A stretch of 64,000 bases of DNA from an uncultured Roseburia sp. (GCA_964410675.1 CAYPIB010000001.1:14454-78453), one strand, 5' to 3'. Shown: positions 44,934 to 55,709, counted from the first letter of the stretch. Notes: generated by a model not told the origin, from the letters alone. A program made the numbers and translations.

Positions 44934-45497
44934 CTATTCGTCATTTGCGTGTTTGGCGTTATCGGTCAAAAGTTTTTTTGCTTCTTCGCACCATTCTAAA
45001 TAAGTGCGATATGTTTTTACACCAAATTCCACGGTAAGCAGATAGTACTTATGTGCGGTGTCATCGATAATTCTGTCTTTAAGTACTTTTTCAGTGCCCA
45101 ATAGATATGGCAATTCTTTTTCTATCTTTTCTTGAAATGCTTCAATGTGTGTTATTGCCTGTTCCGCACCTTGATCATTGCCAAAAAATAGTTTGAGCAA
45201 AGTTTCATAACGAATCTCATCCTTTTCAGCCGGCAGCTTGAGCCACTTTCTTAAGTAATCTCGACCATCATCCGTTATGGTATATATTAACTTATTTCGC
45301 TTGTTACCCATGTCCTCTCTTTTGGTTGCTAAACCCCGACTAACTAAATCACTTAAGGTAGGGTATATACTACCATAACTTGCACCCCAAAAATATTTTA
45401 ATGTTGTATCCATCCTTTTCTTTATCTCATACCCTGTTAATTCTTCATGACTTAATAAACCTAAAATTACACAATCAAGCTTTTTTACTGTTGCCAT
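44934..45497 (-). CDS. PadR-family transcriptional regulator
   Basis: LDCVILGLLSHEELTGYEIKKRMD..FWGASYGSIYPTLSDLVSRGL. I prefer the ATG at 45497. It overlaps the upstream gene end. Confidence 0.88.
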   Translation of the reverse strand: MATVKKLDCVILGLLSHEELTGYEIKKRMDTTLKYFWGASYGSIYPTLSDLVSRGLATKREDMGNKRNKLIYTITDDGRDYLRKWLKLPAEKDEIRYETLLKLFFGNDQGAEQAITHIEAFQEKIEKELPYLLGTEKVLKDRIIDDTAHKYYLLTVEFGVKTYRTYLEWCEEAKKLLTDNAKHANDE

Positions 45498-46239
45498 TAT
45501 TGATTCCCTTTCTTTTGCGCATTCCATACGACAGAACATTTTTAGGACAATTATCAATGCAGGCTCCGCATTGAATACATTCCAAATCTTTAATGTTCCC
45601 ATCCTTTATTGCATTTACAATATTGACCCCCATAGGACATGCTTTATTGCATTTGCCGCAAGAAATGCAATTTACGCTCTCTTTGACCTTTATATGCAAT
45701 CCTGGCAAGTGTAAGAGCCTGCGAAGTTTTGTTCCAAGTACCATGAAAGGAGCCATCCAACAAAAATAGTGACAGAAAATCCGTTTTCCGAACAAGACGG
45801 CTGGTATAAAAATCAGGCTTACAATACCATAATAGATGACATAACTTTGAATGGATAAAACAGAAATTCCATGCTTAGTCTCAAATAAAAAATCAACTGC
45901 TACAATTTCTCCTTTATGAAAATAGCTAAGAGCAACTGAGGTCAACCAAATACCCCATATTATGTACTTGATGCTATTTTTCCAACCCTGCTTTGGACTT
46001 TTTTCATTGATTACAAATGTACATTCCTGCAAGCCTCCCGCAGGGCAAAGATACGCACAAAAAAATCTTCCAAATGGAATAGAAAGAATAAACATCAATG
46101 CAAACACGATAAAACTGCCGTTGATTATTCCACTTAACCCTGCATTAATTATGAGTGCCGGACTAAAATAATAGAGCGTAATCGGGAATAACAACAAAGA
46201 TATTATTATAGATAATTTTCTGATATTCTGCCTTTTCAT
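45475..46239 (-). CDS. Membrane 4Fe-4S ferredoxin-type protein (NapH/MauN-like)
   Basis: TM helices with FCAYLCPAGG, and two clusters CISCGKCNKACP and CIQCGACIDNCP. Confidence 0.82.
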   Translation of the reverse strand: MKRQNIRKLSIIISLLLFPITLYYFSPALIINAGLSGIINGSFIVFALMFILSIPFGRFFCAYLCPAGGLQECTFVINEKSPKQGWKNSIKYIIWGIWLTSVALSYFHKGEIVAVDFLFETKHGISVLSIQSYVIYYGIVSLIFIPAVLFGKRIFCHYFCWMAPFMVLGTKLRRLLHLPGLHIKVKESVNCISCGKCNKACPMGVNIVNAIKDGNIKDLECIQCGACIDNCPKNVLSYGMRKRKGINNGNSKKA

Positions 46240-46323
46240 AAATCACTCCTATCTATCAGTCTGATAGCTTTAGTCAAGTATTTTCTTCATACGTGTACTT
46301 AAATATCAAATTTCTCTAACTCA

Positions 46324-47226
46324 TTAAAAATTATAATTTAATTCAAGGCTTTTATATGATATTTTTAAATCGCTAATTATTTTTTCTCTAGCCTTTTCAA
46401 GCTCTAAGGCTACATCATGACTAATTTTACTCTGAAGCGATACCCGAACTTTAATATGCATACCTACTTTGAATATTTCACATCTCTTTTTCTTTACAAT
46501 TTTATTCAAATATTTATCTACAATTGCATCAATGTTTTTCTTAATTATTACATCATCGGTAGTGCCGCCTAATAATTCCCTGAAGGCACAGATAAGCACC
46601 TTTATAGGTAGTTTTAAAGATACTAAAGCAAGAATAAATGTAATAAAAAAATCACCTGTGTAATAAAAAAATCCTAAAGACCCATTTACATCAACGAAAT
46701 AGAGAAATGCGACTGCGACCCCTATCCCTAACGATTGCAGTCCATCAATTAAATTTGATTTAGATTCTGCGGTTAGAATTGTACTTGTATGATTAATTTT
46801 TTTATTTTGAATGATATTATAAAATCCAAGTCCAAAACATAAAATTACCATGCTGATAGTGTATGGCAGTACTGGTCCGATATTCATTGGCTTGCCTGTT
46901 CCATAAACAAAATATTCGTATGCGGGTATTGCAGTTCCCACGACAGATATGACTAATAACGATAGTGTGAGTAAGGATTTGAAAATTGCATATAATGGCT
47001 CTAAAAAGTAAAGACCATCAGGAAATGAAATTGTTCTTTTATTACTGACTTTATTAATGACAACTGCCACTATTGTTGAAATAAAAGCAATGAAGGAAAA
47101 AAAGCAGTCCAAAAACAGAGCTTGAATATGTGTAACGGCAAATACCCAAATGCCTGCTCCAGCAATAATAAAATTTAATATGGAACTTACAATTAATGAT
47201 TTTCTTTCTATATCTTTTTGTGTCAT
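46324..47226 (-). CDS. Cation-diffusion-facilitator-like membrane protein (metal site apparently degenerate)
   Basis: Six-TM core plus a C-terminal alpha/beta domain, as in CDF transporters. The TM2 block reads ALFLDCFFSFIA where A-D-x-x-H-x-x-x-D is expected. Confidence 0.6.
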   Translation of the reverse strand: MTQKDIERKSLIVSSILNFIIAGAGIWVFAVTHIQALFLDCFFSFIAFISTIVAVVINKVSNKRTISFPDGLYFLEPLYAIFKSLLTLSLLVISVVGTAIPAYEYFVYGTGKPMNIGPVLPYTISMVILCFGLGFYNIIQNKKINHTSTILTAESKSNLIDGLQSLGIGVAVAFLYFVDVNGSLGFFYYTGDFFITFILALVSLKLPIKVLICAFRELLGGTTDDVIIKKNIDAIVDKYLNKIVKKKRCEIFKVGMHIKVRVSLQSKISHDVALELEKAREKIISDLKISYKSLELNYNF

Positions 47227-47346
47227 AATTCCTCCATTAAGATAAACGACTTATGTTTACTTACCTTATATACTGTATAAACTTGCCAATATTATCTTAG
47301 AATTAGATACAAACTTTGATAAAATGCTGTATCTGGCTTAAAGCGT

Positions 47347-47380
47347 AAAATAAGCGCATCACTTTGATATGATACGCTTA
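47347..47380 (-). terminator. Hairpin downstream of ppdK
   Basis: AAGCGCATCA .. TGATACGCTT stem (47352-47379), flanked by A- and T-rich runs on both sides. Confidence 0.6.
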
Positions 47381-47392
47381 TTTTTATTTTTA

Positions 47393-50014
47393 CTATTTTT
47401 GTTTCAACGCTGCCTGCGCCGCAGAAAGCCTTGCAATCGGTACGCGGAATGGTGAACAGGAAACATAATCAAGTCCAACATTATGACAGAATTCCACACT
47501 GGATGGATCACCGCCATGTTCCCCACAAATACCAAGCATAATATCAGGTCTTGCACTGCGTCCTTTTTTTGCAGCAACTTCAACTAATTTACCAACGCCG
47601 TTCTGGTCAATTTTTGCAAATGGATCAGATTCATAAATTTTAGTTTTATAATAAGAATCTAAGAATTTGCCGGCATCATCTCTTGAAAATCCAAATGTCA
47701 TCTGCGTCAAGTCATTTGTGCCGAAGGAGAAAAATTCTGCCTCCTCTGCAATTTCATCGGCCGTAAGTGCTGCTCTTGGAATTTCAATCATCGTACCAAT
47801 CTGATACGCAATAGCAGAACCCTTCTCTGCCTTTACCTCTTCTGCCGTCTGCACAACAATATCCTTAACATATTTTAATTCTCTCTTTTCGCCAACGAGA
47901 GGTATCATCATTTCAGGAATGATTTGAAAGCCCTTTTCCTCCTGCACTTCAATTGCAGCTTCCATAATTGCTCTTGTCTGCATACGTGCAATTTCGGGAT
48001 AGGTAACCGCAAGCCGACAGCCTCTATGTCCCATCATCGGATTAAATTCATGCAAAGAATCACATGTTGCCTTTACGTCAGCCACACTAATTCCCATCTG
48101 GTTAGCAAGCTCTGCAATATCCTTTTCCTCAGTCGGAACAAATTCATGAAGCGGAGGATCTAAAAATCTGATTGTTACAGGCTTGCCTTCCATAACCTCA
48201 TAAATAGATTTAAAATCGCCCTTTTGATATGGAATTAATTCATTTAATGCTGCTTCTCTTTCCTCCTGTGTGTTTGATAAAATCATGATTCTAATTTTAG
48301 CAATTCGATCCGGATCAAAGAACATATGCTCCGTCCTGCACAGACCAATTCCTTCTGCACCAAGCTTTAATGCATTTAGCGCATCTGCCGGACTGTCAGC
48401 GTTTGTACGTACTTTGAGCATTCTGAATTTATCCGCAAGAGACATAATCCGATCAAAGTTTCCGCCAATAGTTGCTTCAACTGTTTTAATATCACCTTTG
48501 TAAATTTTTCCGGTTGAACCATCGAGAGAAATATAGTCTCCCTCATTAAATATGTGACCGCCTAAAGAAAATGTTTTATCTTTTTCACTTATTTTAATTT
48601 CACCGCATCCGGAAACGCAGCAAGTCCCCATCCCTCTGGCAACAACTGCCGCATGAGAAGTCATACCGCCTCTAACGGTTAAAATACCTTTAGAAGCATT
48701 CATACCTTCTATATCCTCAGGTGAAGTCTCTAACCGAACCAGAATAACTCTTTCGCCGCGATCACCTGCATTTTTAGCATCATCTGCAGTAAAGTAAACT
48801 CTTCCTCCCGCAGCACCAGGTGATGCAGGAAGCGCTGAACCGATTACTTCGCCCTCCTTCAAAGCAACCTTATCAAACATTGGGTGAAGCAGCTGGTCAA
48901 GTGATTTTGCATCTATACGAAGCACTGCTTCTTCTTCTGATATCTTTCCTTCGTCTATTAAATCACAAGCAATCTGCAGTGCCGCTGCTGCCGTTCTTTT
49001 TCCGCTCCTTGTCTGTAAAAAGTAAAGCTTCTTATCTTCAATTGTAAATTCCATATCCTGCATATCACGATAATGTGCTTCCAGTTTATTGGCTATTTCA
49101 ATAAATTGCTCATAACATTCCGGTAAGTCCTCTTCGAGCTTTGAAATTGGCATTGGTGTACGGATTCCTGCCACAACATCCTCGCCCTGAGCATTAATTA
49201 AATATTCTCCATAAATAAGCCTTTCACCGGTAGAAGGATTTCTTGTAAATGCTACACCCGTTCCTGATGTATCTCCCATATTACCAAATACCATCGCCTG
49301 AACATTTACTGCTGTCCCCCAGTCACCCGGTATATCATTCATACGTCTGTATATAATAGCTCTCTCATTATCCCAAGAGCGGAAAACAGCTTTAACAGCC
49401 TCCATCAGCTGTTCCCTTGGCTCCTGCGGAAAATCAGTTCCCATTTTTTCTTTGTATATCCCTTTAAATTTTGCAATGACCTCTTTTAAATCATCTGCAG
49501 TTAAATCATTATCGTATTTAGCTCCCTTACTCTCTTTTGTTTCTTCTAAAACTTGGTCAAAATAAAACTTTGGAATTTCCATTACGACGTCTGAAAACAT
49601 CTGAATAAATCGACGGTAAGAATCGTATGCAAATCTTGGATTTCCTGTATTTTTAGCAAATCCATCTACTGCTGTATCATTAAGTCCTAAGTTTAGAATG
49701 GTATCCATCATTCCCGGCATAGAAGCCCTTGATCCGGACCGCACGGATACTAACAATGGATTTTCATTATCTCCAAACTTTTTTCCTTGCTTTTCTTCCA
49801 GTTTAGCTAATGCATCAAAAATCTGACTGCATATTTCATCTGAAACTACCTTATTCTGCTTATAATAATCGGTACAAGCCTCTGTAGTCACTGTAAATCC
49901 CTGTGGAATCGGAAGTCCCAAATTTGTCATTTCTGCCAGATTGGCTCCCTTCCCCCCTAACAAATTGCGCATATCTGCATTTCCTTCTTCAAACAAATAC
50001 ACCCATTTTACCAT
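47393..50014 (-). CDS. ppdK: Pyruvate, phosphate dikinase
   Basis: 873 aa. Motifs GGKGANLAEM, catalytic His GGMTSHAAVVARGMG, RTNADSP, GLCRTEHMF and LGICGEHGGDP. Confidence 0.96.
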   Translation of the reverse strand: MVKWVYLFEEGNADMRNLLGGKGANLAEMTNLGLPIPQGFTVTTEACTDYYKQNKVVSDEICSQIFDALAKLEEKQGKKFGDNENPLLVSVRSGSRASMPGMMDTILNLGLNDTAVDGFAKNTGNPRFAYDSYRRFIQMFSDVVMEIPKFYFDQVLEETKESKGAKYDNDLTADDLKEVIAKFKGIYKEKMGTDFPQEPREQLMEAVKAVFRSWDNERAIIYRRMNDIPGDWGTAVNVQAMVFGNMGDTSGTGVAFTRNPSTGERLIYGEYLINAQGEDVVAGIRTPMPISKLEEDLPECYEQFIEIANKLEAHYRDMQDMEFTIEDKKLYFLQTRSGKRTAAAALQIACDLIDEGKISEEEAVLRIDAKSLDQLLHPMFDKVALKEGEVIGSALPASPGAAGGRVYFTADDAKNAGDRGERVILVRLETSPEDIEGMNASKGILTVRGGMTSHAAVVARGMGTCCVSGCGEIKISEKDKTFSLGGHIFNEGDYISLDGSTGKIYKGDIKTVEATIGGNFDRIMSLADKFRMLKVRTNADSPADALNALKLGAEGIGLCRTEHMFFDPDRIAKIRIMILSNTQEEREAALNELIPYQKGDFKSIYEVMEGKPVTIRFLDPPLHEFVPTEEKDIAELANQMGISVADVKATCDSLHEFNPMMGHRGCRLAVTYPEIARMQTRAIMEAAIEVQEEKGFQIIPEMMIPLVGEKRELKYVKDIVVQTAEEVKAEKGSAIAYQIGTMIEIPRAALTADEIAEEAEFFSFGTNDLTQMTFGFSRDDAGKFLDSYYKTKIYESDPFAKIDQNGVGKLVEVAAKKGRSARPDIMLGICGEHGGDPSSVEFCHNVGLDYVSCSPFRVPIARLSAAQAALKQK

Positions 50015-50176
50015 AAACCAATATCTCCCTTCACATTCGCACTTGCGTGATTTTGGGATAAGTATAACACGATTTGTCTAATATCGCACTCATTTGGTTT
50101 TTTAATTTAAACTTTTTGTTAATTTACACAAATATTTTTAGACTATTTATGCAATTTTGCTAAAATATCATTATAC

Positions 50177-51340
50177 TTATACTAATAATTTTATAAATAC
50201 CTTCTTAACGTAATCCTTGTAAACAGCCTTTATAACATCTGCACCATATAAAATGTCAACACTTCCAATTTTGGCACCATCTAATGTATAAACTGCTTCT
50301 CCTGCCTTATCACCCATTTTTATTGGTGCTGTAACTGTTTCCGGTACTTTTATTTCTTTCTGAACCAGTTCCATGTTTTTTCCATTCACATCCAAATACT
50401 GAAATGTTCCTGCATAGGTAATCGGAACACTGTCATCAACTCCCCCTGTGACCGCTTTCTCACCTAAATTGTCTTTGTTTTCATCTTTATAAACGTTACT
50501 CACTGAAAATCCATAGTTTAACAGTTTGATTGCATCCTGAAACCGCACCTTATAGTCAGGTGCCTTCATAATGACTGCTATTAAATCAATATCATCCCTT
50601 GTTGCAGTTGCTGCCAGACAATATTTAGCAGCATTTGTGGAGCCAGTTTTTAAACCGGTAGCATATTCATATTGCTTCATTAGTTTATTCGTGCTTGAGA
50701 GAGTAAAATTACTTGATCCCTTTGCCGTAACATGTGTAATGTCCTCCATCCAGATTTTTGTATAATTAAAAACCTCCGGATGCTTCACCGTTAATTCTCT
50801 TGACATCAAAGCAACATCTTTCGCTGTTGTCATATGTCCTTCTGAGTCCGATAAGCCGCAGCAGTCTTCAAAGGATGTATTCGTCATACCAAGCTCCTTT
50901 GCTCTTTGATTCATCAGCTTGACAAATTCCTCTTCACTGCCTGCTATGTGTTCTGCCATGACAACAGAGGCATCATTACCGCTTGCAACTGCAATACACT
51001 TTATTAATGTATCTACCGTTTGTATCTCACCTTCTTCTAAAAATACTTGAGAACCTCCCATAGACTTTGCAAATGCACTCGTTACAACCTCATCTGTAAG
51101 TTTAATTTTTCCCGCATCAAGTGCCTCAAATATTAGAAGAAGAGACATAATCTTCGTAATACTTGCAGGATGAACCCTTTCCTCAGAATTTTTTTCATAA
51201 ATTACCTGCCCTGTAGAAGCCTCCATTAATAAAACCGAAGGTGCTGCTATATCAATTGCAATTTCTTCTGCATAAGCTGCATTTCCAAAATGTAAAAATA
51301 TAATGACAGGGGTAAGTAACGCTGCTATTATTCTCTTCAT
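50177..51340 (-). CDS. Serine-type D-Ala-D-Ala carboxypeptidase (PBP5/DacB-like)
   Basis: Signal peptide, SxxK (ASITKIMS), SGN (ASGNDAS), KTG (LKTGST), and a C-terminal PBP5 domain. Confidence 0.9.
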   Translation of the reverse strand: MKRIIAALLTPVIIFLHFGNAAYAEEIAIDIAAPSVLLMEASTGQVIYEKNSEERVHPASITKIMSLLLIFEALDAGKIKLTDEVVTSAFAKSMGGSQVFLEEGEIQTVDTLIKCIAVASGNDASVVMAEHIAGSEEEFVKLMNQRAKELGMTNTSFEDCCGLSDSEGHMTTAKDVALMSRELTVKHPEVFNYTKIWMEDITHVTAKGSSNFTLSSTNKLMKQYEYATGLKTGSTNAAKYCLAATATRDDIDLIAVIMKAPDYKVRFQDAIKLLNYGFSVSNVYKDENKDNLGEKAVTGGVDDSVPITYAGTFQYLDVNGKNMELVQKEIKVPETVTAPIKMGDKAGEAVYTLDGAKIGSVDILYGADVIKAVYKDYVKKVFIKLLV

Positions 51341-51381
51341 ACACTCTTTCCATCCATATTTTGCTTGTTACTATACATAAT

Positions 51382-51412
51382 AAAAAAAGCAGGAGAATAT
51401 TCCTGCTTTTTG
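51382..51412. terminator. Bidirectional-looking terminator hairpin
   Basis: AAAAAAAGCAGGA .. TCCTGCTTTTT. Confidence 0.75.
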
Positions 51413-51478
51413 CGTTTTTACTTGTCCCTTTTGAATTTTATTTTATATTTGAATTATAATTATATTTTTAATAATTTT

Positions 51479-52111
51479 TTATTTTATATTTTTACGAAAA
51501 CGAATTTTCATATAACTTATAATTTCTTCAATACAGCCATCAAATCCTAACTTACTGCTATTTAAGCATAGGTCATAATTTCTGGCATCATTCCACTCTC
51601 TGCCCGTATAATAATGATAATATTCCGCTCTCTGCTTATCGGTTTTAGCAATATACTTCTCAACATCCTTGTCTTCTAGACCGATGCGTTCCTTTGCTTT
51701 TTCAAGACTGAATTCCTGATCCGCATGTACAAATACACGAATCACATTCGGATAGTCTTTTAATACAAAATCCGCACACCTGCCGATAATAACACAGGAT
51801 TCCGTCTCGGCCAGCTCGCGAATCACCTTAGCCTGATAATTAAACAAATTATCATGCGATGAAAAATTATCACTTTCCGGCGGAATCAGTTGTCCTTCAT
51901 ATATATTTTTAATTATGCGTCTAAGCGGACTGGTTTTTAAATGCTCATCAGCTTCTCCAAACAACCCTTCCGAAATACCGCTTTCATCAGAGGCTAACCG
52001 CATTAATTCTCTGTCATAACAATGAATACCGAGCTGCTTTGCAAGCTCCTTTCCAATTGTTCTACCGCCGCTTCCGTAGTGTCTGGCAATGGTAATCACA
52101 TAGTTATCCAT
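51479..52111 (-). CDS. Cytidylate-kinase-like family protein (AAA_17/28-type P-loop)
   Basis: MDNYVITIARHYGSGGRTIGKELAKQLG. The ATG at 52111 follows GGAGGGA. Confidence 0.8.
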   Translation of the reverse strand: MDNYVITIARHYGSGGRTIGKELAKQLGIHCYDRELMRLASDESGISEGLFGEADEHLKTSPLRRIIKNIYEGQLIPPESDNFSSHDNLFNYQAKVIRELAETESCVIIGRCADFVLKDYPNVIRVFVHADQEFSLEKAKERIGLEDKDVEKYIAKTDKQRAEYYHYYTGREWNDARNYDLCLNSSKLGFDGCIEEIISYMKIRFRKNIK

Positions 52112-52130
52112 AAGAAATCCCTCCAATTCT

Positions 52131-52841
52131 TTATTCTCCTAAATAAGCTTTTTTAATTTCATTATTATTCATTAACTCTTTTGCATCACCGGAAAGAACA
52201 ATATTTCCAGTTTCTAAAACATACGCCCTGTCGGCAATAGATAATGCTTTTTTTGCATTTTGCTCTACTAAAAGCACCGTTGTTCCGGAATCACTGACAT
52301 CTTTTATTATATTAAAAATCTCATTGACAAAAATTGGGGAAAGTCCCATTGATGGTTCATCCATTAAAATAATCGACGGATGGCTCATCAGTGCTCTTCC
52401 CATCGCAAGCATCTGCTGCTCACCACCGCTAAGCGTTCCTGCCAGCTGCTTTCTGCGCTCCTTCAATCTAGGAAATCGGGAAAATACAATTTCCATCGTC
52501 TCTTCTATCTCTTGCTTACTCGTCCGGGTATAAGCACCCATTAACAAATTTTCATATACTGACAGCTGTGCAAATACACGTCTTCCTTCGGGAACATGAG
52601 CCATACCAAGTGAAACAATTTTATGACCCGGTATTTTTGTTATATCTTTTCCTTCAAAAAAAACGGTACCGCTGCTGGCCTGAATCAAACCGGTAACAGT
52701 ATGGAGAATTGTTGTCTTGCCTGCACCGTTTGCGCCGATTAAAGCAATAACCTCTCCTTTATTTACTTCAAAATCTATGCCCTTGACTGCCTGTATCATA
52801 CCATAATGTACTTGCAATCCCTTAACTTCCAACATTGCCAT
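52131..52841 (-). CDS. livF: Branched-chain amino-acid ABC transporter ATP-binding protein LivF
   Basis: Walker A GANGAGKTT, signature LSGGEQQML, Walker B ILMDEPS, and the tail AYLG. Confidence 0.92.
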   Translation of the reverse strand: MAMLEVKGLQVHYGMIQAVKGIDFEVNKGEVIALIGANGAGKTTILHTVTGLIQASSGTVFFEGKDITKIPGHKIVSLGMAHVPEGRRVFAQLSVYENLLMGAYTRTSKQEIEETMEIVFSRFPRLKERRKQLAGTLSGGEQQMLAMGRALMSHPSIILMDEPSMGLSPIFVNEIFNIIKDVSDSGTTVLLVEQNAKKALSIADRAYVLETGNIVLSGDAKELMNNNEIKKAYLGE

Positions 52842-52853
52842 GCATATAGCCTC

Positions 52854-53612
52854 CTATTCGCCCAAATAAGCAGTAATAACTGCTTTATTGTTTAATACCT
52901 CACTAGTCTCACCTTGTGCCAGTACCTCGCCAAAATTCAGCACTGTAAGCTTCTCACAAATACCGGATACCAGTTTCATATCATGTTCGATTAAGAGAAT
53001 AGTCATTTCAAAATTATCCCGTACAAAGCGAATCGTATCCATCAGCTCACCTGTCTCATTCGGATTCATCCCCGCTGCCGGTTCATCTAATAAAAGAAGC
53101 TTTGGATTTGTTGCCAGCGCCCTTGCAATTTCTAATTTTCTCTGTTTCCCGTATGGAAGGTTTGCCGCTAATAAATCAGCTTCCTCTTCTAAACCAAATA
53201 CCTTCAAGATTTCTAAGGCTTTTTCATTCATTTCTTTTTCTACTTTAAAATATCTTGGCAGCTTCAAAATGCCTTCGATGGTAGAATATGAATACTGATT
53301 ATGAAGCCCGGCTTTTACATTGTCAAGCACACTCATCTCTTTAAACAGACGAATATTTTGAAAGGTTCTGGCTATTCCAGCCTTATTTACTTCAATGTTA
53401 TTTTTGGCAGTAATATTTTTGCCGTCAAGAACAACCTTTCCCTCATCCGGCTTATAAACACCGGTAAGCAAGTTAAACATAGTTGTTTTCCCGGCGCCGT
53501 TTGGTCCAATTAAACCATACAGCTCGCCTTTTTCAATGCTGATTCCAAATTTATTTACTGCTCTTAGTCCCCCAAAAGAGATGCCTAAGTTACTTACTTC
53601 TAAAAGTGCCAT
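52854..53612 (-). CDS. livG: Branched-chain amino-acid ABC transporter ATP-binding protein LivG
   Basis: GPNGAGKTT, LPYGKQRKLEIARAL, LLLDEPAAG, and the tail AYLGE. Confidence 0.92.
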   Translation of the reverse strand: MALLEVSNLGISFGGLRAVNKFGISIEKGELYGLIGPNGAGKTTMFNLLTGVYKPDEGKVVLDGKNITAKNNIEVNKAGIARTFQNIRLFKEMSVLDNVKAGLHNQYSYSTIEGILKLPRYFKVEKEMNEKALEILKVFGLEEEADLLAANLPYGKQRKLEIARALATNPKLLLLDEPAAGMNPNETGELMDTIRFVRDNFEMTILLIEHDMKLVSGICEKLTVLNFGEVLAQGETSEVLNNKAVITAYLGE

Positions 53613-53615
53613 ATC

Positions 53616-54689
53616 TTAAACCTCCTCTTTCGCTTTCGTTATGCGTCGCTTGAAGCTTTCTTTAGAAAGATAGCGTTCTCTAAATTCTTTTGCCTTCGGA
53701 CTCCAATTAAAGAGCATCATCGCAATTAAAACAATCGAGTAAATAAGCATACGATAATCATTGAGTCCACGAAGCAGCTCTGGAAGCAGTGTCAAAATAA
53801 CAGCCGCAATAATAGAGCCTCTCATATTTCCAATTCCGCCTAATACAACAAATACAAGAATCATGATTGACATATTATATCCAAAGTTTTTTGGAAGTGC
53901 CACCAAACTTGAAAGATTATGTGCGTAAAGGACACCGCCAATACCGGCAAAAGCAGCGGATATCGAAAATGCAAGTAACTTATATTTTGTAATATTAATT
54001 CCGATTGATTCAGCCGCAATACGGTTGTCACGGATTGACATAACTGCGCGTCCGGTTCTTGACTGAATAAAGTTAGTAATAACAAGAAACGTAATGAAAA
54101 CAAGAATTGCTCCAATAATAAAATTAGAATCATTTGGAGTGCCCGTAATTCCTTGTGCACCTTTAATCAGTATTTCTCCATCCGGTTCCATATTTAAAGA
54201 CATCAAATCTTTCATCGAAAAATGAAATCCCTTACTGTCACGGCCAAGATATATTACATTCATAAAGTTTTTAATAATTTCGCCAAAAGCTAATGTTACA
54301 ATTGCTAAATAGTCACCCTTTAAACGCAGTACCGGAATTCCGATGATTAGTCCACATAAACCAGCTGCTGCTGCACCTACTAATATTGCCAGAAAAAACC
54401 TCAATCCACTGTTAGGAATGGATAGAAACGTACATTTACTAAAAAGAGCACTGGCAAATGCACCGACACACATAAATCCTGCATGCCCAAGGCTCAGCTC
54501 TCCTAATATACCAACAGTCAGGTTTAGAGACATCGCTAATATAACATACGTACAAATCGGTACTAAAAGTCCCATCATCAAGCTTGAGAGTGCCCCTGCT
54601 CCTACTAATACGAGAACGATAAGGGCGGCAAGTATAATCATAGATGCCGTAATAAGATTACTTTTTGTTTGTTTGCTCAAATTCTTCAT
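53616..54689 (-). CDS. livM: Branched-chain amino-acid ABC transporter permease LivM
   Basis: Polytopic protein with GELSLGHAGFMCVGA and GGIGNMRGSI blocks. Confidence 0.9.
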   Translation of the reverse strand: MKNLSKQTKSNLITASMIILAALIVLVLVGAGALSSLMMGLLVPICTYVILAMSLNLTVGILGELSLGHAGFMCVGAFASALFSKCTFLSIPNSGLRFFLAILVGAAAAGLCGLIIGIPVLRLKGDYLAIVTLAFGEIIKNFMNVIYLGRDSKGFHFSMKDLMSLNMEPDGEILIKGAQGITGTPNDSNFIIGAILVFITFLVITNFIQSRTGRAVMSIRDNRIAAESIGINITKYKLLAFSISAAFAGIGGVLYAHNLSSLVALPKNFGYNMSIMILVFVVLGGIGNMRGSIIAAVILTLLPELLRGLNDYRMLIYSIVLIAMMLFNWSPKAKEFRERYLSKESFKRRITKAKEEV

Positions 54690-54703
54690 CTTCCTCTCCT
54701 CTC

Positions 54704-55585
54704 TCAGACTTTTTCCTGAATATTCTTACCAAGAATACCGGTTGGTTTTACTAAGAGAACAACAATTAGTACACCAAATACAATTGCATCTGATAACTGA
54801 GATGAAATATATGCTTTTCCTAAGCTTTCGATAATGCCAAGCAAAATGCCGCCGATAAATGCTCCCGGAATGGAACCAATACCGCCAAACACAGCCGCAA
54901 CAAAGGCTTTGATACCCGGCATCGAACCTGTATATGGATTTAATGTAGAATAGGCTGAGCATAAAAGAACACCGGCAATTGCTGCCAGAGCAGACCCAAT
55001 CGCAAAAGTAAGGGCGATTGTCCCATTGACATTAATTCCCATAAGCTGTGCAGCGCCTTTATCTTCTGAAACAGCAAGCATGGCTCTGCCGGCCTTAGAT
55101 TTTTTAATAAACAACGTAAGACAAATCATAATAACAATACAAACTAATACCGTTACAATTGTTAATGCCGGTATTTGTAGTTTTCCATCTGCTAACACAA
55201 GCGGTGGTGCTGTTACGACTGACTGGAATGATTTCGGAGAAGCTCCGAATATTAAAAGTGCAATATTTTGCAGCAAATAGCTGACACCAATCGCTGTAAT
55301 TAAAACTGCAAGCGGGGATGCCATTCGAAGCGGTTTATATGCCACCTTCTCAATTGTAACTCCTAGAACAGTACAAACGGCCATTGCAATAAGGATGCCA
55401 AGTAATGGATGCATTCCCAGACTGCTCACAGTCATAAATACCATATAGCCGCCAATCATAATGACATCGCCATGTGCAAAATTCAACATTTTTGCAATAC
55501 CATAAACCATTGTATATCCAAGCGCGATAATTGCGTATACACTGCCCAAACTTATACCATTTACCAAATAGGTTATAAAACTCAT
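54704..55585 (-). CDS. livH: Branched-chain amino-acid ABC transporter permease LivH
   Basis: MSFITYLVNGISLGSVYAIIALGYTMVYGIAKMLNFAHGD. The ATG at 55585 follows AGAAAGGTG. The track ORF extends upstream to 55678. Confidence 0.9.
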   Translation of the reverse strand: MSFITYLVNGISLGSVYAIIALGYTMVYGIAKMLNFAHGDVIMIGGYMVFMTVSSLGMHPLLGILIAMAVCTVLGVTIEKVAYKPLRMASPLAVLITAIGVSYLLQNIALLIFGASPKSFQSVVTAPPLVLADGKLQIPALTIVTVLVCIVIMICLTLFIKKSKAGRAMLAVSEDKGAAQLMGINVNGTIALTFAIGSALAAIAGVLLCSAYSTLNPYTGSMPGIKAFVAAVFGGIGSIPGAFIGGILLGIIESLGKAYISSQLSDAIVFGVLIVVLLVKPTGILGKNIQEKV

Positions 55586-55652
55586 AGTATACACCTTTCT
55601 TTCTAAAATCTTTACCTCGTGACAGTATAGCATACTTTTATTTATTTTTCTA

Positions 55653-55687
55653 CAAAAAAAAGAGGAACTGCGTGGCAATTCCTCTCT
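55653..55687 (-). terminator. Intra-operon hairpin plus T-run between the liv binding-protein gene and livH
   Basis: AGAGGAA .. TTCCTCT stem (55661-55687), with a plus-strand A-run at 55654-55660 that reads as a T-run on the minus strand. Confidence 0.6.
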
Positions 55688-55709
55688 GAATCCTTAATGA
55701 CAAAATCAT

